A stretch of 64,000 nt of DNA from a bacterium (GTDB lineage Bacteria; UBA8248; JACPRG01; G963555815): the NCBI GenBank assembly GCA_963555815.3, contig CAUVWX020000001.1:1281533-1345532 (forward strand), given 5' to 3'. How positions within the stretch are numbered: position 1 is the first letter of the stretch; each line of letters opens with the position of its first letter. Shown here piece by piece: positions 1 through 8,576 of the stretch. The position numbers and the translations under genes were made by a program. The notes under the pieces are model-generated. The model worked only from the letters and a program-made list of their open reading frames with translations. It did not search any database and was not told where the DNA came from.

Positions 1-1276
1 AAGTCGGGGCAGGATACGCTCCGGGGCAAAGCGTTCCCCCAGGAGGGCCCGCCCCGCTTGACCCATATCGGCCGCCCGGACTGGGTCTTGCAGGAGGTCG
101 GCGATCCGGTCCGCCAGCTCTCTTGGATCACCCGGCTTGACGACGAACCCCGTCACCTGATCCTCGATGATCTCGGGTATTCCTCCCACGCGGCTCCCCA
201 CCACCGGCTTGGAAAGGCTCATGGCCTCCAATAAGACCCGGGCGAGGGGCTCTGGCCAGGTGGAAGGCAAGATCATGACACTTGAAATCGAGAACAGATC
301 GATGACTTCCTTGTTAGAGAGCGGAGGGATGTGAAACAGGTTTCCATTCTCTCGATAGGAATCCGGAAAGGGGATAGCTGGATTGGGGGAACCCACCACG
401 ACGAAGAGGGCCTTGGGCACCTTTTGCATCACCAGGGGGATGGCCTCAAAGAGGATATGGGCCCCCTTCCCGAATGAGATCTTCCCTGCTGCATATGTGA
501 CGAGGGGACGGCCCTCCGGAAGGCCGAACTTGATGTGGATCTCTTCGGAGGAGGAGGAGCGGGGAGCCTGAGGCGGGGGAAGGTTGTACACCGCCACCAT
601 CCTGGAAGCACACTCCGAGAAACCGCAATCGAGATAGAGTCGGCGGATCCCTTCGGAGACGGGGATAATCGTATCCATGCGTCGAAGGCACCAGCGCCGA
701 AGGAGGAGGTCCAGGCCTCGGTGGACCCCTCCGAGGAGGAATTTCATGCAGCCCAGCCATCGAAGTTGGGGATGATTTCGCCTCTGAAAAGCGGTGAGGC
801 ACTGAAGGTAGTTCCGTGCACCACACCTGGAAGAGATAATCTCGCCAGGGAGGGCGCAACCCTGCCCCCCCGTGCAAAGGGTGCTGGTGTCCCGAAGTGT
901 CTGAAAAACCTTTATGTGAGAGAGGCGCCCCGCTAGGAGAGATCCGACCGCTGAATAGGAGTTCTGGGCGTGAAGGACCTCGAGTCCCTCTCGCCGGATC
1001 ACCCACATCAGAAATAGGGCTTGATAGAGATAGTGGAGAGGATTCACCAGGAAGAGGCCCCGGGCCATCTCGCCTGGACTCAGGCGCTGGGGAAAGGGAT
1101 AGCGATAGATGAAAACTCCGTCTTCTACCTCCTTGGCTTGGGCCCCGTAGTTTGGCGTCACGACCACCACCTTGTGGCCCGAGGCGGAGAGGGCGCGGGC
1201 CAGCTGACAGGTGCTTTGGGCCGCGCCGCCGACGGCGAAGGGGGGATAGTCCTCAATAACGAGCCCGATGTTCAAC
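1..1276 (-). CDS. Glycosyltransferase, GT4 / group 1 (GT-B fold); 3' end lies beyond the left window edge
   Basis: The third minus frame is open from the window edge to TTG at 1276-1274, preceded by AGGAGA. It is absent from the ORF track because its stop is off-window. My translation: N-term NIGLVIEDYPPFAVGGAAQSTCQLARALSASGHKVVVVTP; C-term EPLARVLLEAMSLSKPVVGSRVGGIPEIIEDQVTGFVVKPGDP (E-x7-E motif). Confidence 0.8.
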
Positions 1277-1302
1277 TTGTAGTTTCTCCTTGGAACTCTG
1301 TC

Positions 1303-2655
1303 TCAGACCCTGGGCAGGGCGGGCTCTCGCGGGGCCCTTTCCTCCCGTGCCCATCTCGAAAAGAGGCGCTGGACTTCGATCCCCTTAAGGACCACCGCCA
1401 CGGCCTTGAAGGCGAGCATCCCCAGGGCGGCGGCCATGGCCCCCAGGTGGCCCCCCAGCCCAAAGGAGAGGATCAAAAAAGGGGCTATCGCCACCAAGGT
1501 CCACCTCAGTTCGATGTCCATCCGTCCGATTGTGAGGAAGAAGGGGCCTTGGGGCATGGAGTAGGCCCCCGTGGCCGAGGCCAGCAGGATGATGAGATAG
1601 AGGGGAAAGGCCGCAAGGTAACTCCCGCCAGAGAACCAGAGGAAGAAGACATATCCCGCCGGAACCAGGAGGACGGAAATCCCGCCGAGCGTCAGGAGAG
1701 AGAATCTCTCGATCTTCCGGTAAGTCTGACGGAGGAATTTTAAGCCTTGGACCCTGGCCTCGGGGAGACGACTTCGGGTATTGGTGATGAGTGGGTTGGC
1801 GAGGACCCGTGGGATGTTGGCGAGCCTAAGAGCCATCGCGAACTGACCTGTCGCCGCCAGGCCGGCGAAGTGAGAGACCAAGATCACAGGGAGGTTCTCA
1901 TAGATGCTGAAGACCCCCTTGTGTGCATGGTAGGTCATGTTGACCCCAAGATACTTTCGGCAGTCCTTCAAATATCCCCCCTGGCGCCAGATCCCCCAGA
2001 CAGAGAAATAGGGAGGTTGTTTTCGTCTGGCATAGACCTTGTAGGCCAGGAAGCCGTAGCCCGATCCGATGAGATAGGCCAGCACATTGGCCCAAAGGGC
2101 ACCTTGGACGCCGAAGCCAGCCGCCACTGCCCCGAGGACGAGGGCGGATCGAACAAAGGCGTCGGTGAGGCCAAGGGCGGCATGGGCCCTCATCGCCCGA
2201 AGGCCAAGGAAGAAGAGGCTCGCAAAGAGATAGAAGATGCCGGCCAGGTTTTGGAGCGTGAGGATCATCACCAGATGAGGGGGCAGGGTTGTTCCAAAGA
2301 GGAGCGAGGAGAGAGAGCCGATCAAAAGGGACCCCACACCCAACAGGAGAAGGGAGAGGATCAGCTGACTCTTCAGGAAAAAAGCAAGGATCCTTCGGGC
2401 TTCTTCCCTCTTTCCCCGAAGGCGCGCATCCGAAAAGAAGACAACGGCGGTATTTAGAACCGGTGGCTGGACAATTACATGGAGAATGCCATAGACGCCG
2501 AAGGCGAGTGAATAGAGGCCGAGGTCTGTCGCACCTAAGAGGGAGGCCAGGGCGAGGAAGGCCAGCATGCGGACGGCATTGGACACAACGTGAGCCGCCT
2601 CAAGGTAAAAAGAATCTGCCACAAATTTTGTCCGAAGGACTTTTGGAAAACGCAT
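1303..2655 (-). CDS. Polysaccharide/oligosaccharide flippase (MOP/Wzx-type polytopic membrane protein)
   Basis: Lower part of ORF 1303..2907. From MRFPKVLRTKF (ATG 2655-2653) the product is about 450 aa of near-continuous hydrophobic helices (LAFLALASLLGATDLGLYSLAFGVYGILHVIV...), typical of Wzx-like proteins. The start is uncertain because the same frame stays open upstream into the sulfatase-like C-terminus. Confidence 0.6.
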   Translation of the reverse strand: MRFPKVLRTKFVADSFYLEAAHVVSNAVRMLAFLALASLLGATDLGLYSLAFGVYGILHVIVQPPVLNTAVVFFSDARLRGKREEARRILAFFLKSQLILSLLLLGVGSLLIGSLSSLLFGTTLPPHLVMILTLQNLAGIFYLFASLFFLGLRAMRAHAALGLTDAFVRSALVLGAVAAGFGVQGALWANVLAYLIGSGYGFLAYKVYARRKQPPYFSVWGIWRQGGYLKDCRKYLGVNMTYHAHKGVFSIYENLPVILVSHFAGLAATGQFAMALRLANIPRVLANPLITNTRSRLPEARVQGLKFLRQTYRKIERFSLLTLGGISVLLVPAGYVFFLWFSGGSYLAAFPLYLIILLASATGAYSMPQGPFFLTIGRMDIELRWTLVAIAPFLILSFGLGGHLGAMAAALGMLAFKAVAVVLKGIEVQRLFSRWAREERAPREPALPRV

Positions 2656-3963
2656 CGACAGTTTGTTGAATGGAAATGGAAAGCGGGGCAGTTTGGGTTT
2701 TTCCGCGGCCGCTCCTGAAGGGGCCTCTACGACTGGCCGCTCCAGGAGGCCCATCATCTCTTTCCGAAGGCGTTTTGCGACGTCAGGGCGCTCCCTGGAG
2801 CGCTCTTGAGTCTCATCAGGATCGCTCAGGATGTGAAAGAGCGAGGATTCCCCTGTCTTTCTGTTCCAGAGGTATTTCCATTCCCGGGAGCGGAGGGAGA
2901 CCCACATCCCGCTCCGCTAGCAAACCGGGTTTCGCTAAGGGCCAGAAGGTCGAGGTGCTCCACCCTCCCCTCCATGAGGGGAAGGAGGCTCACGCCCTCG
3001 ACGGCCCCCCCGAGGGGGATTTTTAGAGAGTCCAGGACTGTCGGGACGATATCGATCCCCCGGACCATCTCCTCTACCTTCTTGGGGTGGCAACCCGGAT
3101 AGCGGACGAGGAGTGGAACCCGGAGCTCCCCATCATAGAGATAGTGGCCGTGGGAGTGCCATTCCCCATGTTCCCCAAAGTTCATCCCGTGGTTCCCGAA
3201 GATGAAGACAAGGTCTTCGGGCCTCAGGACGTCTAGGACCGCCCGTAGGTGGCGGTCCGCATAGGAGAGACGGCTGTCCCAGTAATCCAGGTTATATCGG
3301 CGGTGAATATGGATTGGCTCTGTGTCGTCTTCCCGATCGGTCTCATGGAAGTGAAAGTCAGGTGGATCAGGACATCGCCCGTGGATGTCGAGGTAGTGAA
3401 TCATGGTGAAGTGGGGCGAGGGGGCCCTGGAGAGCCAATTGAGGGCCGTCTCGTTCGTAAGGTGGGCCACCCGGTGGCTGCCAGCCCGGGTGGCCGTGTC
3501 CTCAGGCTGGACGGGGAGATATTCGTCAAACTGGCGACCCAGGTCGTCGAAGCGGCATCGCTTGCCCAGAAATCTCCAGCGGTTGAAAAATTCTGGCCGA
3601 TAATAGCGGAGAAATCCAAAACGTGGGACCCAGTACCCCTGCCACATTGGAGCGAGCGGAGGGGACGAGCCGGGTCCGGTAACCATGGGCGGAGAGGTGC
3701 CTGGGAAGGGAGAGGAACCGCTCATCCCAGTGGAAGTCCCAGATGTTCTTCACCCGGTCAAAGGCACGGGTGTTGAGTCCTGTGAGGAAGGAGGAGAAGC
3801 TCATGTAAGTTGAAGTGGCCTGGGCGATCATGTTGGGGAAGTAGATGGCCTCTGACCGAAAGGCGTCTAGATTGGGGGTCGGGGCAGCCTCCAAGCGGGC
3901 CGTCCGAAGAGAGTCAATCACGATGAAAATGACGTTTGGCCGTCTCTTCACATCCTCAGACAC
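2656..3963 (-). pseudogene. Sulfatase-like protein (alkaline phosphatase superfamily) split across three reading frames; real decay or sequencing indels
   Basis: N-term is ORF 3526..3963 (RPNVIFIVIDSLR, TPNLDAFRSEAIYFPNMIAQATSTYMSFSSFLTG, AHGYRT). The middle is ORF 2826..3725 in another frame (IFGNHGMNFGEHGEWHSHGHYLYDGELRVPLLVRYPG, DIVPTVLDSL). The C-term is the first ~60 codons of ORF 1303..2907 (REWKYLWNRKTGESSLFHILSDPDE). Frame changes lie near 3640-3690 and at the C-run 2908-2910. Confidence 0.6.
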
Positions 3964-4167
3964 TCAGCCCGCTCCCTCAGGGGCCCCAAATCCCCTACGA
4001 ATTCAAACCCTCAGAGTCTTGGTCCCATCTTGCTAAAAACTCGAATCCTATATGCCGGTATTAAAAGGGGTCAAGCCCTCATTCCACATCCCTATACTCA
4101 GGACTCAGGGGAAATTTTGGAATGCGTCATTTTCTTACATCAGTATAGAACCGATGTCGTTTTCTCG

Positions 4168-5283
4168 TCAGACACTACACTCGGGCGATGCGGAAAGCTC
4201 CGTCAAGAGTTCCCTCACAACATCAAGGTGGTTCTGGCAAGCCTGCTTCGGGGGGGTTGAGGTGATGAGGGGGACAAGGGCCTCATGGGCGGAGCCGTGA
4301 GACCGGAGCCGGACCTCCTGCCGGTCTGCCTTTAGTGGGCCAAAGACCGTGTGCGCGTCTCCGAGAACGAAGAGGTCTCCGATCCTCTCGGTCATCAGCC
4401 GAAAGCGGGACGCCGCCTCATCTCTCAGGAAGACTGATTCGACGCCGGGGGTCTCAAGAAGGCGCTGGGCCGCCTCTTTGGTGCGCTCAGGGCGCTTGAG
4501 GAAGACATAGCAGGCCCCGCTCAGGTTCTGGTGGTGGACGACGTGTTCATCCCGGATGATGGGAATCGTCCGGGATGGGATCTTCTGGCGCGCCAGCACC
4601 CGGTCTAGATCCGCCGCCTCCCGCTTTTCCCGCATCCCGTGGTCTGCGGTGATAAAAAGCCTCCGGTCTGGGTTTTCTTCCTGGATGCGACCGAGCTCGG
4701 CGTCGAGGGCGTTGAAGTGAGCCTGGGCCTCGGGGGATTCGGGAGGATGATGGTGGGGGATGTAGTCCGTCGTCGCCGCAAAGACGAGGGTGGGTTTTCT
4801 TTTCTTCAGGACGTGTCTTACGGCTTGGAGCATCCAGAGGTCGATGGTGGAGGAATAGATGTCCTCCTTCGGGCCCACAGCCTCCACCATTTCTTTTGGC
4901 GGGGACTGGGCGGAGAAGGCGATTCCGGATCCCCGGGAGAGAAGGCGGCAAAGTTTTGCCTTTGAGGTCACAAGAGCGGTGGAAAGGCCCGCAGCTTCCG
5001 CCCGTTCTAAGAGGGTGGGGGTCGCGAGAAAGGAGGAAGACTCCATAAAAGTCTCCTCTCCTGTGTGTGAATCGTAGTGATAGTTGGAGGTGATCCCATG
5101 GATTTCTGGAAAGGACCCTGTGAGAAGAGAGGCGCAATTGACATTGGTCACGGTGGGGATGACGGCGTGGACAAGGGAGCGAGTTCCGGAGTGGCCGATG
5201 TGATCTAGATGGGGGGTTTTGACCACCTCCAGGTAGGCAGGGTCGAGTCCGTCGATGCAGAGGATGAGGACTGGGCTCTTGAT
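4168..5283 (-). CDS. Nucleotide pyrophosphatase/phosphodiesterase-type enzyme (alkaline phosphatase superfamily, NPP/PhnA-like)
   Basis: ORF 4168..5226 carries IPTVTNVNCASLLTGSFPEIHGI (Thr-nucleophile region) and FITADHGM. The conserved metal-binding ILCIDGLDPAYL lies in frame upstream of the GTG used by the track. I extended the CDS to ATC 5283-5281, which sits 6 nt after AGGAGG (5295-5290). The start codon is uncertain. Confidence 0.65.
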   Translation of the reverse strand: MKSPVLILCIDGLDPAYLEVVKTPHLDHIGHSGTRSLVHAVIPTVTNVNCASLLTGSFPEIHGITSNYHYDSHTGEETFMESSSFLATPTLLERAEAAGLSTALVTSKAKLCRLLSRGSGIAFSAQSPPKEMVEAVGPKEDIYSSTIDLWMLQAVRHVLKKRKPTLVFAATTDYIPHHHPPESPEAQAHFNALDAELGRIQEENPDRRLFITADHGMREKREAADLDRVLARQKIPSRTIPIIRDEHVVHHQNLSGACYVFLKRPERTKEAAQRLLETPGVESVFLRDEAASRFRLMTERIGDLFVLGDAHTVFGPLKADRQEVRLRSHGSAHEALVPLITSTPPKQACQNHLDVVRELLTELSASPECSV

Positions 5284-5342
5284 GGTCAGCCTCCTGTGGG
5301 ACAGCCCAAATCTCGAATAAGGCGCTTATGCCTTTGTGTCTC

Positions 5343-6110
5343 TCAAGGCTTTTTGGGGGGCCAGACCTTCTGGGCCTCATGATAATCTTGAGGGGTGTCT
5401 ATCTCAAAGACACCTCCCTCAATGTCTATGGTACCCACTGGGAACCCTCGTCCGGTGAGCTCAGAGAAAAAATCCGTCAGGTAGGCCTTCTCGAAGGTCG
5501 CAGCTTGTTGAAAGGCCCCTTCGGGCTGGGTGCGATAGGCCTCTGAGAGGTCCCGGTAGATGCGGCGGGCCCGTTTGGCCCCCTCAGGGGAGAATTTTGC
5601 CAGGCCGATGAACTCCCCGTGGGCCGTCTCAGGGTCTTTGAACCCTTTCCCGATCTGGACCACTTTCCCCGCGGAGGCCCAGACGAGGTCCGCCTCCTCG
5701 ACGGGATGCTGGAGGCGACCCAGGTAGCGCTCCCGCCACCTTAGGTCGCACACCACACCCACTTCCCCCGGGTAAGCCAGAAGCCTCTCCACTACCTCTG
5801 GACCATATAAGATGTCCGAGTAGGCAGGAATGAATCCTTCAGCCATAAAGGGAGAGGCGCAGAACAGAGAACGAAGCGTGGCAGTATTCCCGAAGTCCGG
5901 ATTTTCAAAGTAGGTGAGGCCGGGATAGTTGATGGTCTCGCCCAGGTGGCCCCGGACAAGGGCGATCTCCCTCACCTCGGCGGCCCTCAGCGACTCAAGC
6001 TGCCAATCGAGAATGGTCTTTTGGCCTATCCGATGAAGACACTTTGGAAGATCCTGGGCAAGGGGCATCATCCGGGATCCCAAGCCAGCTGCGAGGATGA
6101 TGGCCTTCAA
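5343..6110 (-). CDS. Nucleotidyltransferase, LicC/PntC-like (probable phosphonate or phospho-alcohol cytidylyltransferase)
   Basis: MKAIILAAGLGSRMMPLAQDLPKCL has the canonical G-x-G-S-R NTP-binding signature. The GEFIGLAKF motif and the 255 aa size fit the family. Confidence 0.8.
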   Translation of the reverse strand: MKAIILAAGLGSRMMPLAQDLPKCLHRIGQKTILDWQLESLRAAEVREIALVRGHLGETINYPGLTYFENPDFGNTATLRSLFCASPFMAEGFIPAYSDILYGPEVVERLLAYPGEVGVVCDLRWRERYLGRLQHPVEEADLVWASAGKVVQIGKGFKDPETAHGEFIGLAKFSPEGAKRARRIYRDLSEAYRTQPEGAFQQAATFEKAYLTDFFSELTGRGFPVGTIDIEGGVFEIDTPQDYHEAQKVWPPKKP

Positions 6111-6151
6111 GATGGCTCCCTTTAGGCTAGTGGGAATTTTCTCCGGAGGTT

Positions 6152-6838
6152 TTAGCCTTCAAACCACTGCACATCCTCAATGATCCGGGCTGCCCCCCTC
6201 TTTCCAATAATGGCGAGTTCCTGGGCGGCCTCCCCCGAGAGGTTCCCGGCAAAAGTGAAGGCTAGAATTTCGGCTGGGTCCTTGGGGTTACAGCTGAGGA
6301 AAGAGTGGGGGACGAAGGGGCGGATGTAGAAACAGTCTCCTTCCTCCATTTCCTGTCTTTTGATTTCCCCCTCCGATTTCCAGTAGAAGCGAAGCCGTCC
6401 GTGCAACACATAAGTGCACTGATGGAGGGAATGTCCTTTGTTCATCTGCAGATCCGCCTCATCGGAGCACAGGAGGGTGAGAAGTTCCGGTTTCATGGTT
6501 GGGATCTCGGTGCTCGTCACAAGGTCAGCATATTCATAGTAGGGTTTCCCACCCCGCGTAATGGTCCGCACATAACGGTCTCGCTTTCTCAAGATCTTGA
6601 CGCCGTCCGTAGTGTCCCTCGCCATGGGGAACATGTCCCGAACATTGAGGGTCATCGCTTGGGCCAATTGTTGAATCTGGTCGAACGTTGGAGAAATCTC
6701 TCCTGACTCGATCTCCTGGATGGTTTTGACTGGCAGGCCGGCCCTTTCAGCAAGGAGATCTTGCGTCAACTTCCCACTGTTTCGATGGGCGAGAATGAGC
6801 GTGCCGAAATCCATTGAGAGGCTAGATGTCGTCTTCAT
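6152..6838 (-). CDS. HppE-like protein: XRE-type helical domain + single cupin with a His/Gln/His ligand pattern (candidate phosphonate oxygenase; could instead be an XRE-cupin regulator)
   Basis: ORF 6152..6895. I prefer ATG 6838 (AAAGGAG 7 nt upstream); a TTG at 6895 would overlap the upstream stop. HTH: GKLTQDLLAERAGLPVKTIQEIESGE. Cupin core: NKGHSLHQCTYVLHGRLRFYW...GDCFYIRPFVPHSF. Confidence 0.65.
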   Translation of the reverse strand: MKTTSSLSMDFGTLILAHRNSGKLTQDLLAERAGLPVKTIQEIESGEISPTFDQIQQLAQAMTLNVRDMFPMARDTTDGVKILRKRDRYVRTITRGGKPYYEYADLVTSTEIPTMKPELLTLLCSDEADLQMNKGHSLHQCTYVLHGRLRFYWKSEGEIKRQEMEEGDCFYIRPFVPHSFLSCNPKDPAEILAFTFAGNLSGEAAQELAIIGKRGAARIIEDVQWFEG

Positions 6839-6891
6839 CACCTCGCTCCTTTCAGATGGAAGACTTTTCCGTGTGGATTGTCCACCCGACG

Positions 6892-8013
6892 TCAAAACAC
6901 GGCCATCAAGATCTTCTTGATGTCCTCCCGGGACAACGGCCTCGGATTGTAGCCCATTCGCTCCGGATAAGACCAGTCTTGAATGAGTGCTTCTACGTCC
7001 CCCTCCCTAAGCCCAAGGGCCGTGAGCCTCATCGGGTGACCTGCCTCCCGAAGGAGCCGGGAGAGGGCCTTCCCGCCTGCTTCAGCGTCAGGGGCCCCAA
7101 GGGCCCGGGCAATGGCCGAGGCCGCCTCAGGGGCCGCCTCGGTGTTGAAGGGGAGGAGGGGAGGAAGGGTAATGGAGCAGGCCACTCCATGGGGAACCTG
7201 GTAGAGGAGCGTCAAAGGATAGGAGAGGGCGTGAGCCGCGGCCGTCTTCGTCTGACTGAAGGCCAAACCTGCATGGAGGCTCGCCCGGCTCACCTCGCTC
7301 CTCGCCTTCAGATTCTGGGGGTCCTGTCTTACCCGAGGAAGACCAGCGGCCAGCCCCCTCACCGCCTCCAGGGCCAAGAGGGTGGAGATGGGGTTTCGGT
7401 TCCGAGACCAGCAGGCCTCCACCGCGTGGGAGAGGGCATCCAGACCGCTCGCCATGGTCACGGAAGGTGGAAGGGAAAGGGTCAGAGTCGGATCGACCAG
7501 GGTGAGATCCGGAAAGAGACCAGGGCCTTCAAGAGAATATTTTCTCCTTCCTTCCCAGTCCCAGAGGGTGGCCCAGGGCGTGACCTCGCTCCCGGTCCCT
7601 GCCGTCGTCGGGATAGCCACCAGGGGAAGCCGTGTCGTTCCAGGCGGCACGCCCTCTCGAAGATATCTCAAGAGCTCTTCCTCATTTGCCAAAAGTGCTA
7701 CAGCCTTCGCCATATCAATGACACTTCCGCCGCCCACCGCCAGGATAATCTCGGCCCCCTTCTCCCTGGCGAGCTGGCTTGTCGTCAGGGCGCTCGAGGG
7801 GCTTGGGTTCGGGGGGACGGGCGGAGCCGCATCGACCGAGAAACCGTCGAGGAGTTTTAGTAGGCGGGCATACAGAGGGGATTGAAAAAGGTGGTTTCCG
7901 GCAAGGAGGAAGATGTGTCCTCTGAGCTCTCGAAGGAGATCAGGGAGGGTATCGAGGACCCCAATGCCGAAGTGGACAGAAGTGGGGAGGTGAAAACGGA
8001 AGTCTTCCTTCAT
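6892..8013 (-). CDS. Iron-containing (group III) alcohol dehydrogenase, PhpC/FomC-like (phosphonoacetaldehyde reductase candidate)
   Basis: ORF 6892..8040 with an Fe-ADH pattern (ILAVGGGSVIDMAKA, PTTAGTGSEVT, histidine-rich C-terminal half). ATG 8013-8011 overlaps the upstream stop as ATGA. Confidence 0.8.
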   Translation of the reverse strand: MKEDFRFHLPTSVHFGIGVLDTLPDLLRELRGHIFLLAGNHLFQSPLYARLLKLLDGFSVDAAPPVPPNPSPSSALTTSQLAREKGAEIILAVGGGSVIDMAKAVALLANEEELLRYLREGVPPGTTRLPLVAIPTTAGTGSEVTPWATLWDWEGRRKYSLEGPGLFPDLTLVDPTLTLSLPPSVTMASGLDALSHAVEACWSRNRNPISTLLALEAVRGLAAGLPRVRQDPQNLKARSEVSRASLHAGLAFSQTKTAAAHALSYPLTLLYQVPHGVACSITLPPLLPFNTEAAPEAASAIARALGAPDAEAGGKALSRLLREAGHPMRLTALGLREGDVEALIQDWSYPERMGYNPRPLSREDIKKILMAVF

Positions 8014-8576
8014 GCCACTTCGTTCTCGGACTTTAAACATTCGCGCAAACGCTGCGTTAAGACTTCGGGTGGAATGGATACCCGGCCTATGCCTGGCGTT
8101 CCCTCGGGGCTTACCTTGACCCAGAAAAATGACGGCCCCGCTTTGATGACGTTAAGGGTCTCTCTGAGCTCTGTTGGCGAGGAGAGGGTGTAGACCTCGC
8201 GGTAGCCGGCTGAGGCGGCGATGTCTGCCAAAGACAGATGGCCGCCTGGCCTTGGCTGTCCACCGGTGGATTCGTAGATGCCATTATCGAGGACGAGGTG
8301 GATGAGGCGTCCTCCGTTGGCCATTAATGGAAGGGTGCTGAGTCCCATGAGAAAGCTTCCGTCTCCATCCAGGATCACCACTGGGCGTTCAGGGCGAAGA
8401 AGCGAGACGGCAAGGCCGAAGGAGGAGAGAAGGCCCATGGAACCTATCATGTAGAACTGGTTTGGCCGATCTCCAAGGGCGAAGAGTTCCCGAGAGATCA
8501 TCCCTGTTGTTGAGAGGAGAACTCCCTTGGACCCGAAGGCCTCCTGAATGATCTGAAGGGCCTCAGCACGCCTCAT
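8010..8576 (-). CDS. TPP-dependent 2-oxoacid decarboxylase, beta subunit (phosphonopyruvate / sulfopyruvate decarboxylase type)
   Basis: From MRRAEALQIIQEAF (ATG 8576-8574) within ORF 8010..8882. TPP-binding motif ILDGDGSFLMGLSTLPLMANGGRLIHLVLDNGIYESTGGQ. The ATGA overlaps the alpha subunit stop. Confidence 0.75.
   Translation of the reverse strand: MRRAEALQIIQEAFGSKGVLLSTTGMISRELFALGDRPNQFYMIGSMGLLSSFGLAVSLLRPERPVVILDGDGSFLMGLSTLPLMANGGRLIHLVLDNGIYESTGGQPRPGGHLSLADIAASAGYREVYTLSSPTELRETLNVIKAGPSFFWVKVSPEGTPGIGRVSIPPEVLTQRLRECLKSENEVA

Noticed and set aside
4547-5380. 277-aa minus-strand ORF overlapping the NPP-type gene in another frame. Also 446..1006 (minus) and 1021..1743 (plus) inside the glycosyltransferase and flippase region
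   Set aside because: These are Pro/Arg/Gly-rich alternative-frame products. The overlapping frames encode recognisable enzymes.
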